Positions 24,510 through 38,475 are shown, counted from the whole stretch's first letter. The stretch is 63,145 bases of DNA, filler included, from Rhabdomonas costata (GCA_019059605.1; 36 parts of 36 records of this genome joined end to end with filler, not necessarily neighbours in it), one strand, 5' to 3'. Made by a program: numbers and translations. The notes: generated from the sequence alone by a model not told the origin.

Positions 24510-26835
24510 NNNNNNNNNNNNNNNNNNNNNNNNNNNNNNNNNNNNNNNNNNNNTTAATTAATTAANNNNNNNNNNNNNNNNNNNNNNNNNNNNNNNNNNN
24601 NNNNNNNNNGGGGGGGTGGTGTATATTTGCATAACACACAGGAATGTCAGGTGTTTAGCATCAGAGGACGATAAACACAGCAAGTAAAAGAGGAGTAAGT
24701 ATCGGAACAAATGTACACTAGATAGATCAATAAGGTGGAAGTCACGTTAAAACATCGCGAGATGGATTGATAGATGTGGGAAGCACAATTGACATTGGAG
24801 TCTCATCGTTTCAAGGTCGGTAACATGGAAGAGCCTTGCAACCAGCTTGGCCATGGACTTGGGGCCAAGAGGCACCCGCGCACAGCCGCCAGCACTTGAA
24901 CAGACACGAAGCGGATGAGGCGACCACCACTTAGCATTACACGCCGAAAGCGCAACACGCAGCACCCCACCCCACACCCAGCACAAAAGCCCGCATTCAC
25001 ACTTACACCATGCCTTGCTAAAGGCTTTTACCATACCAATCATGCAGCAAGGCCTCTCTACAACATTAACGCAGCGGCCAACATTGGCTTGGGTGACACA
25101 AACCGATGGTCCAACAAGACCAGGCATCCAGAGCCCAGCCGTGGAATCAGTGCCACATCGTGACATCACAAAAAACAAGAGATAAGAGATAAACCAGCGC
25201 TTCTAATTTGTACAACCCATGTACAGACAGCGCCTATGGTCTCTTTCCATGACGGCCAACGCCTGAATTCACAGACCCCTCCATTCTATATAATGCCACA
25301 TGGTCAGCATATTGTATATATTGTCGCCCACATTACACATATTACAGGGGTTTTTGGGTACTACCCTTCCAACCTGCAGTCATTTTGCCTTCACCCACAC
25401 TTTCACCCTCAGATCCCTCCACTATATTCAACCTACTACTGCCGGGTCACGGCCTTCCTACACCAAGACCCTACGCACTGCAGCTTCTACCCTCCGGCCT
25501 GCCACCGAATCCTGCCACAACTCATCCTAACAAACAACTCCATTCTTGCGGTGCTTTCAAGCCACCATTACCATGACATCATGCCCTCACACCCAAACTC
25601 AAACTCAAACCACACACTGATGTGCTCTAGTACAGCCACATCATCAGATGCAGATTAAGAGGCATTCGTGCTGGTAATATGCTCATCGCCAATCTCGCGC
25701 AAGCCTGCGCGCAGACCAAATTGCTACTTCAATATCATGTTGCGCGCTTTTCGCCGCATCATGCCGCATCCTGCCATTCATCGTCAGTTTGGCGGCCGCA
25801 GAAGCAGCGCAAACAGCTCAAACATCACGCACACGCGCACACAAACACATACAACCACACACACACAAGCGCGCGAGCCTAATCCAAAAACCAGGAATAT
25901 TCTAACGGTACTACTAATGACGGAAAAAATTCACCTCTACCTAAAAAGTATTACCCCTTGAACGGAAACAAATACTGCCAACAGCATACTATTTCTCCCA
26001 CATTTCGACACTAAATAAATTCCCTTTGTACAAATGACATTTCTGGCCATCATCATTTGACAATTTTTACTGTATTTATGATGCACAATACCCGTATTTT
26101 TCGTGGTTTTACTCATGCTTTTGGTTTGATTTGATAACCCTTTTCACACTTTTGTCACTTAACCATACCGGCTAAATGAATCTGATTGAAACCACCATTT
26201 TTCTAGAAAAACCATCTCATACCTACAAACTACCAAATTTGACCCAAAACTTAGGCCAACAAACCANNNNNNNNNNNNNNNNNNNNNNNNNNNNNNNNNN
26301 NNNNNNNNNNTTAATTAATTAANNNNNNNNNNNNNNNNNNNNNNNNNNNNNNNNNNNNNNNNNNNNGGGTTGGGTTATCCCCCGGAACTGGGGTGGACCT
26401 AATTCGAGCAAACTTTGGGGAATAGGAGGGCACGCCAGTGGAAATCGAGCATGTTTTCTTTTTGTCCCCATCCATCCAATCTATTAAGTGCAGCCCCCCT
26501 TCCTCACACGTACTCTCTGCAGCAGGCAACATCCCTCCATGGCTACCCAAAGCTGCATTGTGTGATGCATTCTGATGGGTTCATTTTGCATTTCTGCATC
26601 TGAGTCAAAGAGCCCCGTCTCCATGGCAGAAGCATCGTGCATCTCACCAACCTCCCTCACGATTCCTTGCGTAGGGGCAAAACTCTTCAAGGACATGCCC
26701 GTGGACATCCAGTGGTTGAGGAAACGAAAGCGGAGTACCACCCAAAAACTTGCCCGATAAAAGCAATAGGGGAGCGGGGGGGGGGTTAATAGTTACAAAG
26801 GTGGTTACAAGGGAAGGAAGTAGGCTTTGCCGGAC

Positions 26836-27564
26836 CTGTCGAAGAACTCCGAAATCTTCTGGCCGTCCTTCTGCACACTGAGCCAGCACACTCGGTTGAA
26901 GGGCAGCGGCACAAAGACGTCCCCGATGTCGGGCACGGTGTAGACGGGAGAATTGTCTTTCTGTGCAGGGGCATATTTCGCAAAGGCCCGATTGGCACGA
27001 TCGAGGAGGGGGGGCAGGTATATTCCCTGCGTGGCCGAAAATTCGTCCAAGGGGCACGTGTATTGCTCCCAGACACGATTCATGAACCCATCTCCCTGCA
27101 ATTCTCTGCGGGGCAAAACCGGTGTCGTGGGGCCTTCTCTCTTTCATGCTCCCCAAGAGCGTTAAAGCGACCGTGTTTAAGGGCAAAGCATTGGAAGAAG
27201 ATATCAAGACATGAAGATACCGAGAATACGAAGACATGATCACGGACTGCACTTCTTGGAGCAAGTTTTTGCACTGCGTTTACCTATTTTTGCGATCGAT
27301 TTTCACGGCGATCACCGTTAATGTCTTTCAGCACTTATGCTCAAAAAGCAGGGGGTGAAGGAGGGTGGCGGAAGCACTTGCCACCAATTTCTCACAAAGC
27401 AAAACGGGTAAGGAATAAAATCAATACAGCGCGCACCGAGAAGTCATAGAAGTGCACCGTCGAGGCAAAGGTAATGAACGAGACGTGGAGGTTGTCCCCG
27501 GGGTGTTGAGCGCAGAGCGCGGCCAGGCCGTCCCTCAGCGCCTGGATGATCGACGGCAGCAGCA
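26836..27564 (-). CDS. SEC24: Sec24 (COPII) trunk/vWA domain; exons 27564-27437 and 26960-26836
   Basis: VSFITFASTVHFYDFS|KDNSPVYTVPDIGDVFVPLP matches Sec24 VGFITFDSTLHFYNL...VVSDIDDVFLPLP. Confidence 0.8.
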
Positions 27565-28330
27565 CTGTCCGAGGAAAGGGAAACAAAACCGGGTGGAGGA
27601 GTGTATGTGCAGGAGAAGACTTGCAATAAACAAGGTGGAGTGAAGCACCAAAACCATTGCGTGCAGAGGGGTCTCCAAGGGAAACAGTACATATATCTCA
27701 CAGCATCTGATCAACTCATATCTCATCCGTCTGTATGCACATTCTGTCCCTAATCTTTCCCCGGCCTCCTAACCACCTGCGATGGATGTGTGAGGGGGGG
27801 GGGGTCTGCGGGACGGAGCCACCCCACCTCCCAGCAGCTTAGAAAGGGCAACGAGCTCGTCCCCTGGGATTCCAACACTACATGTGCCCAGCGTTAGATG
27901 CACGCACCCATGCACTCGGCTTCCACGTCGGAAGCAGTCAAGTCAATCTTTGAAAGAAACCATGTGAGCCTTATCGATGGCACCCACAACATACGGACAA
28001 ACCCACACCCTTCCCCAAAACAANNNNNNNNNNNNNNNNNNNNNNNNNNNNNNNNNNNNNNNNNNNNTTAATTAATTAANNNNNNNNNNNNNNNNNNNNN
28101 NNNNNNNNNNNNNNNNNNNNNNNGGGGGTGTGGCTGAAAATAGGCACGCCATGAAATTGTCGAAAGCAATTAAATACAAGATCCCATCATGGTGGGTAGG
28201 GAAGGGATGCGTTTTGGATTTAATAAAGCCCTCCATCCCGACTTTTTTCAGTGAGCGCTCGGCCTTCGGCCGTTTGCCTCTCTGTCCCTTCTGTCCCTGA
28301 GTGCTTTTTTTTTGCACGGGCCTTTGTCAC

Positions 28331-28534
28331 ATGTTTCTGAGCCGGCCTCCTGTGGCTCTGACGGTGCTGCTTACCCTTGTGCTGCTTCTGGACGTGGTCT
28401 TCCATGGTTTTCGGCTGCTGGGCCGGATTCCTGAGCGCAGTGCAACGGTGAATGGAACCTCAGCCGTCCCCGCGGGAATCCCTGCTGGAGTACCAGTGGC
28501 TTTGAGCTTTTCCCCGCCCTTGCTGGGTTCGCAG
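28331..28534 (+). CDS. First exon of a putative type II membrane protein
   Basis: MFLSRPPVALTVLLTLVLLLDVVF signal anchor, NGT sequon, CAG|GT donor. Confidence 0.4.
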
Positions 28535-29894
28535 GTTGAAGATTCTACCTCTTGTTTTTTCTGAAGCACCATACCGGGCAAACTCCGAACTACAGTGGGC
28601 TTAAACCCTATCTTTACGTACCCTTTACCTCAAACAGCCGGTTACAGAATTCACAATTCGCTGCAAAAGAGCAACACCAGCACGGAATCACCGGAAAAAT
28701 CCCGCCTTCGGCGCCGTAGTCTCAAGCATCCCATATCTAACTGCCTTTTCTTATATAGATTCCCGGTGCTTCGGCTTAAGCCACAGTAAGTTTGTAATGC
28801 CCTTCTGAGGGTTCCTTGAATTGCTGTTGCGCTATTTTTCGAAAGGGTTTGTTGTTACATTCTTTCCACTCTCACGTTTTAGCATGCGCACCCTCTTTTT
28901 CCGGATACCTGCCTGCCCAGGTGCTTCTCGTGTGACAGCTTGGTTGTTTGGGAAACTCCTGCCCTCTTTTGAGATCCACCACCAAGAAAACTTCCCGGGT
29001 TCATCGCATAGCATGTCCTCAGACAACCGCATTTCTATGGGCCAAAAAGACTTCGAAAACCGCCACATACCACTTTCTGAGTTTCCAGGTGTAACTTACC
29101 CCATATGGACAGTGTCTGTCCCCGTGCGTCAATCTGGTGGTGATGGTGGCTGTGTGAGAATGGCTGTGTGTAAGTGCGCCTTGTTTGTGTTCACACCTGC
29201 AAAAGTGCTCCTGTGAGAGGGTTGGCTGGTTATTTTCATTGCAAATACCCGAAAATAAGTGCAGTTCTCAAAGCCGACTCAGGCTTGGCGATTGTGATTA
29301 TAAAGACTTGAGAGAGATCTGAAGTGCAAACTGAAACAAACCGAAACAGAGCGAACACCAGTGAAACCCACTTTGAAGACGTGAGTCGACGACCATGACA
29401 TAACACGTCATTACGGGCACCCCCGGGTCATGCTCTCACGTATGCATTTGCCTGAAGTGCTGAAGGTGCAGTGGCAGAGTCCTGATCCTCCTTAAATTAA
29501 TTACATGTTTCCCTCCGACCAACCTAAAATTCCACTGCATAATTTAGGTCTCGCCACAGAACCTGTCCTTTGAAAATGCTACAATTCCGAGTCGTGTTTG
29601 CTCTAAATGCAGAGAAGTAATCCTTGGTCTGTCCTCCGCACCTCGGATTTAACAAGTGGGGTGGGTTTTCGGGCGAGTGCAGTGTGGTTGAACTGAAAGG
29701 TGAGGCTGAGGTGGATACCGCTTCGTTTGATTGCTCAGGGACCACCTTACTTCTCGCCCGAAAACCCACCCCCCNNNNNNNNNNNNNNNNNNNNNNNNNN
29801 NNNNNNNNNNNNNNNNNNTTAATTAATTAANNNNNNNNNNNNNNNNNNNNNNNNNNNNNNNNNNNNNNNNNNNNGGGGTGGGGGTACGGGGTAC

Positions 29895-30870
29895 CTGCAA
29901 GGCCTTCACCTGCAGCTCAAGGCCCTGCTTCTGGCGCTCCAGCAGGCTGCTCTGCACCCGAAGCGCCTCGATCTCCATGTGAGCCTCATGCTGGATCTCA
30001 CGCAGCTGCTCCCCGGCCGTGGTCTTCACTCTGTGCAGTGCATGTCAGGCACAATGATCATCGGATTCAAACAGACAGAGTGTAGTAGTTGCATCCAAGA
30101 GAGACCTTCGCCCTTTTCGCAGAAGCAGCTGTTGACACTACCGTTCTGGCTGAAATGTCAGGTCCTTCGCTTTTGAGGTTAGGTTGTACTGCAATCATGC
30201 GTGGTCGGGCGCGGCCATTTTTCGAGATAATCTGGACTCAGCGGGTGGAAGTTTTGAAGTATATAGTTTTATTTTGAACATGTCAAGTAATTAAAAATAC
30301 ACGCATGCCGGCTCGAGTAAATACGCTGGAAAAGAGATGGCCAAATCCAAAAGGCGAATGCACACTTTTCCGTTTCCGTGTGATAGTGCAGCTGCAGGGC
30401 CTCCAGCTCGGCGCGGTGGCTCTGCCGCAGCGCCTCCATCTGCTCCTCCACACTCTTCAGGCGAGTCTTCAGATCCGCCGCAAGGGCCTACCACAGTTGT
30501 TGTTGTTTTTGGGGAGGTCGTCACCACCCAAGTCTCGCTACAATACACATCTAACGGCAACGCCCGAACAGTCAGATCAGGGAAAGAATGGCAGGGAGAA
30601 GAATAGCAGACCCCACGCACAGAGGTGTCTGAAAACAAGTGCGCGGCACATCGGTGCACCGCAAAGTGCACCGCAAAGAAAAAATGAAGGGTCACTGCCA
30701 CCCACTGCCAAGCTGACTGGTCACTCACTGGGAGCACTGGGTGTACGCGCGGGAGGGTGGAGGACGAGAACCGACATCTGCTCAAGCTCCTGCTCCCGGG
30801 TCTGCAGCTCAAAAGCTTTTCCAGAAACCTGCCCCTCCGCAGTGGCTTTGCTTGCCTCCATCATTTCCAA
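29895..30870 (-). CDS. Coiled-coil protein, three internal exons (approximately 30870-30772, 30487-30366, 30030-29895)
   Basis: E/Q/L-rich heptads; the GT-AG junctions preserve frame. Confidence 0.7.
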
Positions 30871-32133
30871 CTGTGTGCACAACAGAAAACAAAGCTCCAC
30901 AGGCGATACAAAAAAAGAGCCATGGGGAGACAGAGCAACAGAAGCAGCTTCCTTCACTAGGTCCACACTGAAAATTGGTGCCCGGCCGTCACCCGAGAAC
31001 CGTTCCGTGAACGTTGGGGAGGACCCGAGGTGTCTCACACCTTTTACGGTTCACGGTGCCTTGTCCCTCATCTTCTCACGTGGGTGTTGGCTTGGGTTGG
31101 CCCATGTGACCCCGATCCACAGTTTATGCGGGGCCTTGGGGAGCCCCCCACAGTCAAGTTCACAATTCTCTTTTCCCAACACACATACATACACAGTGAG
31201 TGATGTAAAGGGAGAATACTGGTACGGAGGCACCGACGTCGGCTCGATCACGGTACAACATGCTTGTCTCAATTAGGCGTTAGGCTGAAAGCAACTCTGG
31301 TCCCACCCCAACCAGGACTTCCCCTGTGAAACTTATGGGGCCAGCAGGTGCCTGGTTGGAGTCAAAAGTTGCCTGGGGGTGACGGAGTCTCGAGCAGTCG
31401 CGAGACTCAAGATGATGACTCATAAAGGTCTATCTGAGAAAGGCCCACCCACGCACCCACCCACACACACACACCATAGATTGCAGCCTCTGGATGGTCT
31501 GGTTCTTTTGCTTGATCGTGGTCCCCCCCNNNNNNNNNNNNNNNNNNNNNNNNNNNNNNNNNNNNNNNNNNNNTTAATTAATTAANNNNNNNNNNNNNNN
31601 NNNNNNNNNNNNNNNNNNNNNNNNNNNNNTTGCATAACCTAACCGAACAACGGGAGGGGGCATCTCTGACCTTTGGGAGTCGAAAGGATCAACGGCCAGC
31701 AGTGCTCGTTTCCTTTCGCCATAATCGCTGAGCCAGCACATCAGAACTTGCCATCATTTTCGCTGTGGAGGGAGCACGGCCAACTTTGTACGACCGGTGC
31801 TGGAGATTCAGTGCTGAGAAGCAGAAGAGGAGAAGACAGGTAAGGCAAATAAAACCTCGGCCGCAGCAAGCCTGCATTTCTCTGCCGAGATGTCTCTGGG
31901 CTCCCCCTGCAACTCCGGAAGATCAACCTGAAGAGGACAAAGGGCGCAAAAAACCCATTGGAAAGGTTCAAGAAAAGAAGCATGCAGCTCAAGAAAACCA
32001 CAAAAAAAAAGCAACCCAGCAATTGTGCGAAGAACGTTTTCACACGATGCGAACAGTCGCATCGTCGCATCGTGCAAAGCAAACTTGAGGCATAATGCGG
32101 GGATCACAATAGATCGGGGCTTTGAAGCCACAC

Positions 32134-32238
32134 CTTGTGGGCGATGACGTCGACCGAATCGGCCAGGATGGCGTTCACCTCGGCAAGCTTGTTGGCATTC
32201 CCGGTCACGTAGACCACGGTGGGCCTCCTCTTCTCCAT
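32134..32238 (-). CDS. ITPA: Inosine triphosphate pyrophosphatase (Ham1 family), first exon
   Basis: MEKRRPTVVYVTGNANKLAEVNAIL followed by a GT donor. Confidence 0.85.
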
Positions 32239-32900
32239 CCCCGTGGGGTGGAATTTCCAAAGGATACGAAGGCGCCCGAGCTTCACAGCGACGAGATAAG
32301 ATGAGATTAAGAGGCAACCAATTCAGAAGTGGGTGCTACCTGAAAAGCCTGTGAGGCAGTATTAACATCGAACGCCCAAAACCCTTCAGGAAAGGTTGCC
32401 CTTAATCCGATGCCGTCATTTCCGTAAAATCCCATGCAAATCAGTGGGTTGGCTCAGCGGCGGGTGGCTACAAGGAGCCAGAACACCAAAGTACGACTAC
32501 TCGACCACCAAAAAATTGACACATTAGTTTCCCGCAAAACGCTGCCAAATCAGGCCAGCAGTGGACATCATAAATGAGAAAAGGAGCCCGGGAGGAGATG
32601 ACTAGGAGTGTTCAAGTCTCTACAAAATTACTGAAAGTCGCCTGAATACATCGAAGTCGTCTGAATGCATCAAACTGAATTTGCAGCATCACCTCAGTGG
32701 CTTGGTATTGTATATGTACTTCTTCAGAACATCTGCATCTGGATTTTCGCCCAGAACAGCGCTTTCCTACAAAAAAGCCATTTGGAAGCGAAGCACTGTA
32801 TGCTTGGTGTCTCCCCCGTTCCCAGGGGAGAAGGCAGGAAACTGCACACAGTCTGACAGGTCTCCAAACATGCAGCAGCAGCAGGACCCCACCCCCTGGC

Positions 32901-33110
32901 TCACTCAGTGAGGGCAAGGTATGTGATGAGGGCCAGCAGGGCCACAGCCACAGCCACGGCAATGCGGTGAGGACTGGCGGCCAGCGACAGGGACGAGACA
33001 CCCCACCATCCTCCAGGCCTTCGCCTCCACCGCTCCACTGTGTGCCCCGCCCGGCCGGCGAAGGGCACTCTGTCCACGTTGGGCTTGCTGGCGTGAGATG
33101 CCGCCTTGGC
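32901..33110 (-). CDS. Terminal exon of a putative tail-anchored protein
   Basis: CAG acceptor, 70 codons ending IAVAVAVALLALITYLALTE*. Confidence 0.45.
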   Translation of the reverse strand, partial: AKAASHASKPNVDRVPFAGRAGHTVERWRRRPGGWWGVSSLSLAASPHRIAVAVAVALLALITYLALTE

Positions 33111-33512
33111 CTGCGCACAGGGAAAAAAGGGAAGCCATCGAAAAAAGTCGAAAAACCCACCGCAAAAATTTTGCTTTGCCCACAGTCAGCCGGAGCACGG
33201 CTATCACTGTTAACCGAAGCGCCTACTGCGGCACGGCAAGGGAAAAACCCGGCAGTATTTTCAGAGGACCAATGAGCAAAAACACCNNNNNNNNNNNNNN
33301 NNNNNNNNNNNNNNNNNNNNNNNNNNNNNNTTAATTAATTAANNNNNNNNNNNNNNNNNNNNNNNNNNNNNNNNNNNNNNNNNNNNGTGGTTGTTGAGCA
33401 CCCAGCCCTGAGCCCCTGCACTGACAGAACGTTCAACCGAAGGAGTCGCAGCTTGGGGATACCATGGCTCACACAGCCACGACACCTGCCAACGGCAGAC
33501 ACGAACACATAC

Positions 33513-34801
33513 AGAGTCTGCTCCTAGTCCTGTTGCGGTGGAGTTGTACAGGAAGTGGCACCCCTCCGCGAGCTCCTCGGCCAGTGCCAGGTCGTCGCCC
33601 TTTTAAGCCCCCCCCCTATCCCCTTTGCATCAGCTGTCGGCCCATATGAGGACTTCAGGGGGCTGCCAAAACCGAAAAGGAAGCTTGGCCGTAAGAATGC
33701 CCAATACACACAGCCACAACCCGAAGCATGTCGGCCCACTTTGGACTCTGACCGATGAGCCCCGGCCGAAAGGACACAACTGTCCATAAGTCAAAGATGA
33801 AAACTCAGTATTCAGTCAACAAGGTGTGGTAGCCTCCACCATTCTCCGTCGCTGTGGTGGGCCACCCTTCCATTTTCTGTACGGTGGATTTTCTGTCCCC
33901 TTTCCGCTGCAGCAGCAAACTTTTCGGAGTGCATCGCCAACTGCGGCCAGGTGCTGTTGTGCACCCCGCTCTTTTTTGGGCGGTATGATTCCTCATCAGA
34001 CTAGATTGGCACGGGGGATGACGAGGTGCAGCCCGCTTTGTGTGTAGGAATGATGGGGGTGGGGAGGAAGGCGTACCAGGCCGTAGTACGAGGCCAGCGC
34101 AAACATCCCCCCAGCGTAGCACACGAGCTGATCCATCGCCGCGGATACGAAGCGCCCGTCCCCCTCCAACACCCCAATGAAGGTGTGGCCCGTGCTGGAC
34201 TTCCTCACCAGCTTGGACCGGATCAGCGCCGCGGCGTCGGTATACATCTTAAGGTAGAGCTTATCACCTTTTCAGGAAAAGAGAGAGAGAGAGAGAGAAA
34301 CTATTCTGAGGCGTAAACACACCCTCAGAGTTGGGTAACTGATGATAAAAAAGTACAGAGGGAGGACAAGTCACAGAAAGCGTGAGATTACGAGGGACTA
34401 GAGTGGTCATGTTGAATTTTTATGATATGGGCGGAATCAGAAACAATGCAACCTCTTGAGGACTGGGATCTTAAGAGACCAAAGGCAGATCGCAACTGCT
34501 CTACACTCCGCCAACGGTGAGCGGCGGACGGGGCGTTGTTATACTGGACGGCTGGGTTGGAATGCGGTTGCAGCCCACCACAGATTGGAGTGACGCCACT
34601 TATCGAGGAGCAGACCATCTCAGGACTCCTCTGGGAGTGCGGGTGGGGCGCGGGTTGGAGGGTGGCGAGGGTTGGAGAGTAGCGTGCCTGTAAGGACCCA
34701 CTGCTTCAGGAGATACTCGTAGGCGCTATCCCCGAAGGCACCCAGGGTCATCCCACGGTCCCGAAAGACGCCCGAATCCGAGAGCAACGGGGGCAGCGCA
34801 C
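33513..34801 (-). CDS. GH47 class I alpha-1,2-mannosidase; exons 34801-34688, 34267-34077, 33599-33513
   Basis: TLGAFGDSAYEYLLKQWVLTG|DKLYLKMY, MDQLVCYAGGMFAL and LALAEELAEGCHFLYNSTATGLG. Confidence 0.92.
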
Positions 34802-35713
34802 CTGTGAGTCCGTTGGAGAGAGAAAGAGATTCGGGGAGGAGACGGGATCCTTGTGCGCACTAAGTGGTGGTACCGGTTGACACCCTTCTTCCAATGCTCC
34901 CCACAGAGTAGACATGATACATTTGCCTTATGCAGTCACAAGGAGGGATCCTAGGATTGCACAAAACGTGGGACGGCGTGGCAAGTGCGGGCGACATACG
35001 TGCAATAGTGCTATACGCGTTTCGGAACCCAGCCCACCCAACCNNNNNNNNNNNNNNNNNNNNNNNNNNNNNNNNNNNNNNNNNNNNTTAATTAATTAAN
35101 NNNNNNNNNNNNNNNNNNNNNNNNNNNNNNNNNNNNNNNNNNNGTGGTGGGTGTGTTTGGGTGTTTTGGTAGCAGAAAAAGGCAAAGCGAGGGAAATGAA
35201 AGGAAAAAAAACGACGAGACAAGGAGGCGCCAGATGACCTCGGGGGCGTACGGCAGTCCAGGATCTTAGCCTCATGCAGATCCTGAGATGGAAGACCCGT
35301 GCGTAGTGGGGAACTCGGAAGCAGCGATAGTGTTTTCCGGATGGAGCCCGCTGTCAAAATCGGACGAGGGGGAGGGGAGCACGCTGCCCTCGTTCGTTTT
35401 CTGGAGGCAACATCTGCCGTCATGTGAAAGAGACAGTTGGTCCGGACACATGGTTGAGTGATGGGCGTAGCCTCACCTTCCCCAGGTGACTGGTTGGGCC
35501 GAAGAGCTCGAAAAGGCTCATTGCACTCGCTTGCTCAAAAGAAAGTAAAACAGTTTTCTATTGTGGGAACAACCCACCGCACCCAGGCCCGGGGCATAGG
35601 TTTCTTGGTCACAAGTATTTTTTTTAAGGAAACGAACGTCACTCATTCATTTGCAAATACACAAATTGACTCGAGTGTCCGGTGGTGAAAGGTAGTGAAG
35701 ATGGTGGGCCCTA

Positions 35714-36797
35714 CCTCCTCCCGCTGCAGCCCTTCCAGTTCGAACCAGGCCTGTCTCAAGGTGCGCTGCACCATGTACGCCATCCCCTGTTCCAGGCCCA
35801 TCGCGGCGGGATGAAGCAGGGCCGCCTCAGGCTCCCCCGCCACCGTCGTCACGCCGCTGCTCTCACGCTCACCCTCCAAGCTGGACACCTCGCTGTTCTC
35901 CCCAACGGCCACCTGGGGAACCCTCAGCAGGGCCGTCACTGTCCCCCCAAAGCCGAGGTCAGCCAAGGGACCGAGACCAGGCGGGGGTTCCGCTATTGAG
36001 TCCCCGGAGGAGCCCGATGACGACCCCAGGGAGGAGGAAAAAGACGAAGACCCCGCCTCCGCCGCGGCCCCGATAGAAGGGGCCCGGGACAGGATCTCCG
36101 CAGCTTTTCCCGTGGTGGTGGTGGGCTCAGCTCCCTGGGCCTGGACCAGATCGGTGGAGGCCTTGAGCTTCTCACGAACGTCTGTCGCCTGGGTGTCGCA
36201 AATATGCTCCAGGCGCAAGATCTTGTCCTCATGGCGCTGCAGCTCCTGGAGCAGGCGGGCCATTCCTCGCTGCAGGGAGAGAAGCTGGGCCTCGCGAGCG
36301 CGCAGCTCCGCCCTGAGCTCTGTCTCTCGCTGGTGGGCAGAGGCCAAGGCCTCGCTGACTTCCGCGAGCTTCCTGGCCGTCTCAGGGGACAGGCTGCGGA
36401 CCAGCCCGGGGCGGGCCCCGGCGATCTTCCGCTCCAGAGCGCTCGGCGACTGAGGAGTTTGCGAAGGACTCTCCAAGGGATGCCGCATGGGGCTGCGCCC
36501 AGGGGTCTGTGTCGCCGCGGGCTTGGTAGAGGCCTGGTTCTGCTGGAGAGGGGAATCCTTGAGAGCCCATGCCTGTCGGCGAAGAGCGCCAAGCTCCGCA
36601 TCGCGCTGCACCACAAGCTCGCCTTGGGCGTGAAGCTCCTGCTGAAGGGAAGCCACAAGGGACTCCGATTGCCGTCGAAGCAAGGAGACCTGCTCCTCGC
36701 ATCGCTGCCTCAACACGCAGTTCTCCTGCACACTTCGCTGAAGATCAGCGTCCAAACCCTCTGCCAGCCCTCGAAGACTCGCGAGCTCCACCCCCAC
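35714..36797 (-). CDS. Large exon of a coiled-coil protein, 5' truncated
   Basis: Long ORF with heptad segments and S-rich linkers; probable GAG|GTAGG donor. Confidence 0.75.
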
Positions 36798-38298
36798 AAC
36801 NNNNNNNNNNNNNNNNNNNNNNNNNNNNNNNNNNNNNNNNNNNNTTAATTAATTAANNNNNNNNNNNNNNNNNNNNNNNNNNNNNNNNNNNNNNNNNNNN
36901 GTGGGGTTGTTCTTTCGTTTTCGTTTCACTCGTGCGCGCGTGCACGAGTGAAACGAAAACGAAAGAACAACCACCACAGAAAAAAGATGAAGCTAGAAGA
37001 TCACGATTTTTTGTGTTCGGGCCTCGGCAAAGAGGCGCCCCGTTTCGGGCGCCATTTGCTGATGGGTGACGAGACACAGTCTTGATTGGATGGCACTGCG
37101 ACGCTCGCGTTCAGGGGACCCAGAACCCCCTATGTGATTCGCGTGAAAGAAGGGCAAAGCCATCCTACCCCTCTGTGTGTGTCTCTCAAGCGCTCATCGT
37201 GCCGTGCACCGTCGTCGGGAGTTTGCTACCTCCATCTTTTCCTTTTTAACTTAGTTGTTTGCACAACTGAAACCGAATCTTGGTATTCCTGCAGCAGGTT
37301 GTCGATCCGTTGATGTTGCGCTGCTATTTCTTTCCTTTATTTTTTTTATTTTTTTTGCACTTGGTGAAATTCCCACCTACAAACTCAAAAGTGTGTGTGT
37401 GTGTGTGTTGTGTGGTGCACGTATAATTCATTTTCAAAGGGCCGTTTGGCCCTTACTCCGCATCCATTGAGCTCCCTCTGCTCCCTCTCATGCAACGGGT
37501 GAATTGCACGTCTGTGAGAGCAGCACAGCGCACTGTGCCGTCTGCCCTCTGTCCGGCTGAGTCGCTAACCTCGGGCAGCAAAGAATTTTTTGTGATTGGT
37601 ACGCGACCTGGACGAAGGGGTTTCTTGATTTCTCGGTTCATTGAGGAAAGACGTCGCTCTGTGACTCAAACCGCCCTCGGGATCACGCCCCACGCCGTGA
37701 TTAGCGATCGGGTTGTCCCCAGTGTTAACGCTCAGCAGAACGGGACCTCTTCACATAGTGCTTGCAGTGCACACACACCTTCTCAGAGAAAACTTTCCTG
37801 GAACGTGGTATCGTTTTCAAGTTCCCCTGACCTCAGTGGACCAGGCTTCTGGTTATGGGGGTCCCTCAAGCCCTTGATATACTCCTTCATTCGCTCAGGC
37901 TTACGCGGAGAATTAGAGAGGGACTGGGAAGGCGAGCTAGTTTCCATGGAGAAAGCAGCCCACAGCATCCTACCCTGCCGGCTCCGAGAATGCCTCCACC
38001 TGCGTATATTGTGCCGGACATCTGGAACCAAGGCTTCCCCACAACCAGCCCCATCCGCCCCTGAAGACACCCTCCCTACGTGTTTTTTCCTCCACACTGA
38101 ACCTTTCTTCTTCTTCCGAACATAAACGAACACCACCTTGCCTGCTCATCCCTTCCCATCAATGAGCTGCGCATGCTTCAGAAATATTGCAGACATTACC
38201 ACAGGACATCCTGAACATGCTCAGGCAAAGGGACCTTTCTGCACACAAGCGCTCCATCCATAACGTATGTGTGGGGGCAAACTCTCCACCCTACAAAC

Positions 38299-38475
38299 CA
38301 GTGCAGCCCGATAGCGTGAATCGCCCCCCGTTAGAGCTGCAGCTCACCACAGGGCTGCCCGTGTACCCCGAGGCACACGACACCACACAGCTCGCCGCCG
38401 TGATCTGCCCCGAGCAGGAGGTGGCCGTGTAGCCCCTTTTAATCGGGCTGGGCAGGGTACATGTCGTGGTTGTGG
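38299..38475 (-). CDS. Exon encoding one Cys-rich extracellular (sushi/CCP-like) module
   Basis: CTLP..GY..SC..SCVVSCASGYTGSPVVSCSSNGGRFTLSGC; symmetric phase-1 AG/GT borders. Confidence 0.7.

Noticed and set aside
33486..33512. Possible 27-nt mini-intron in the GH47 gene
   Set aside because: It is a multiple of three with no stop and other acceptors exist, so it cannot be resolved without cDNA
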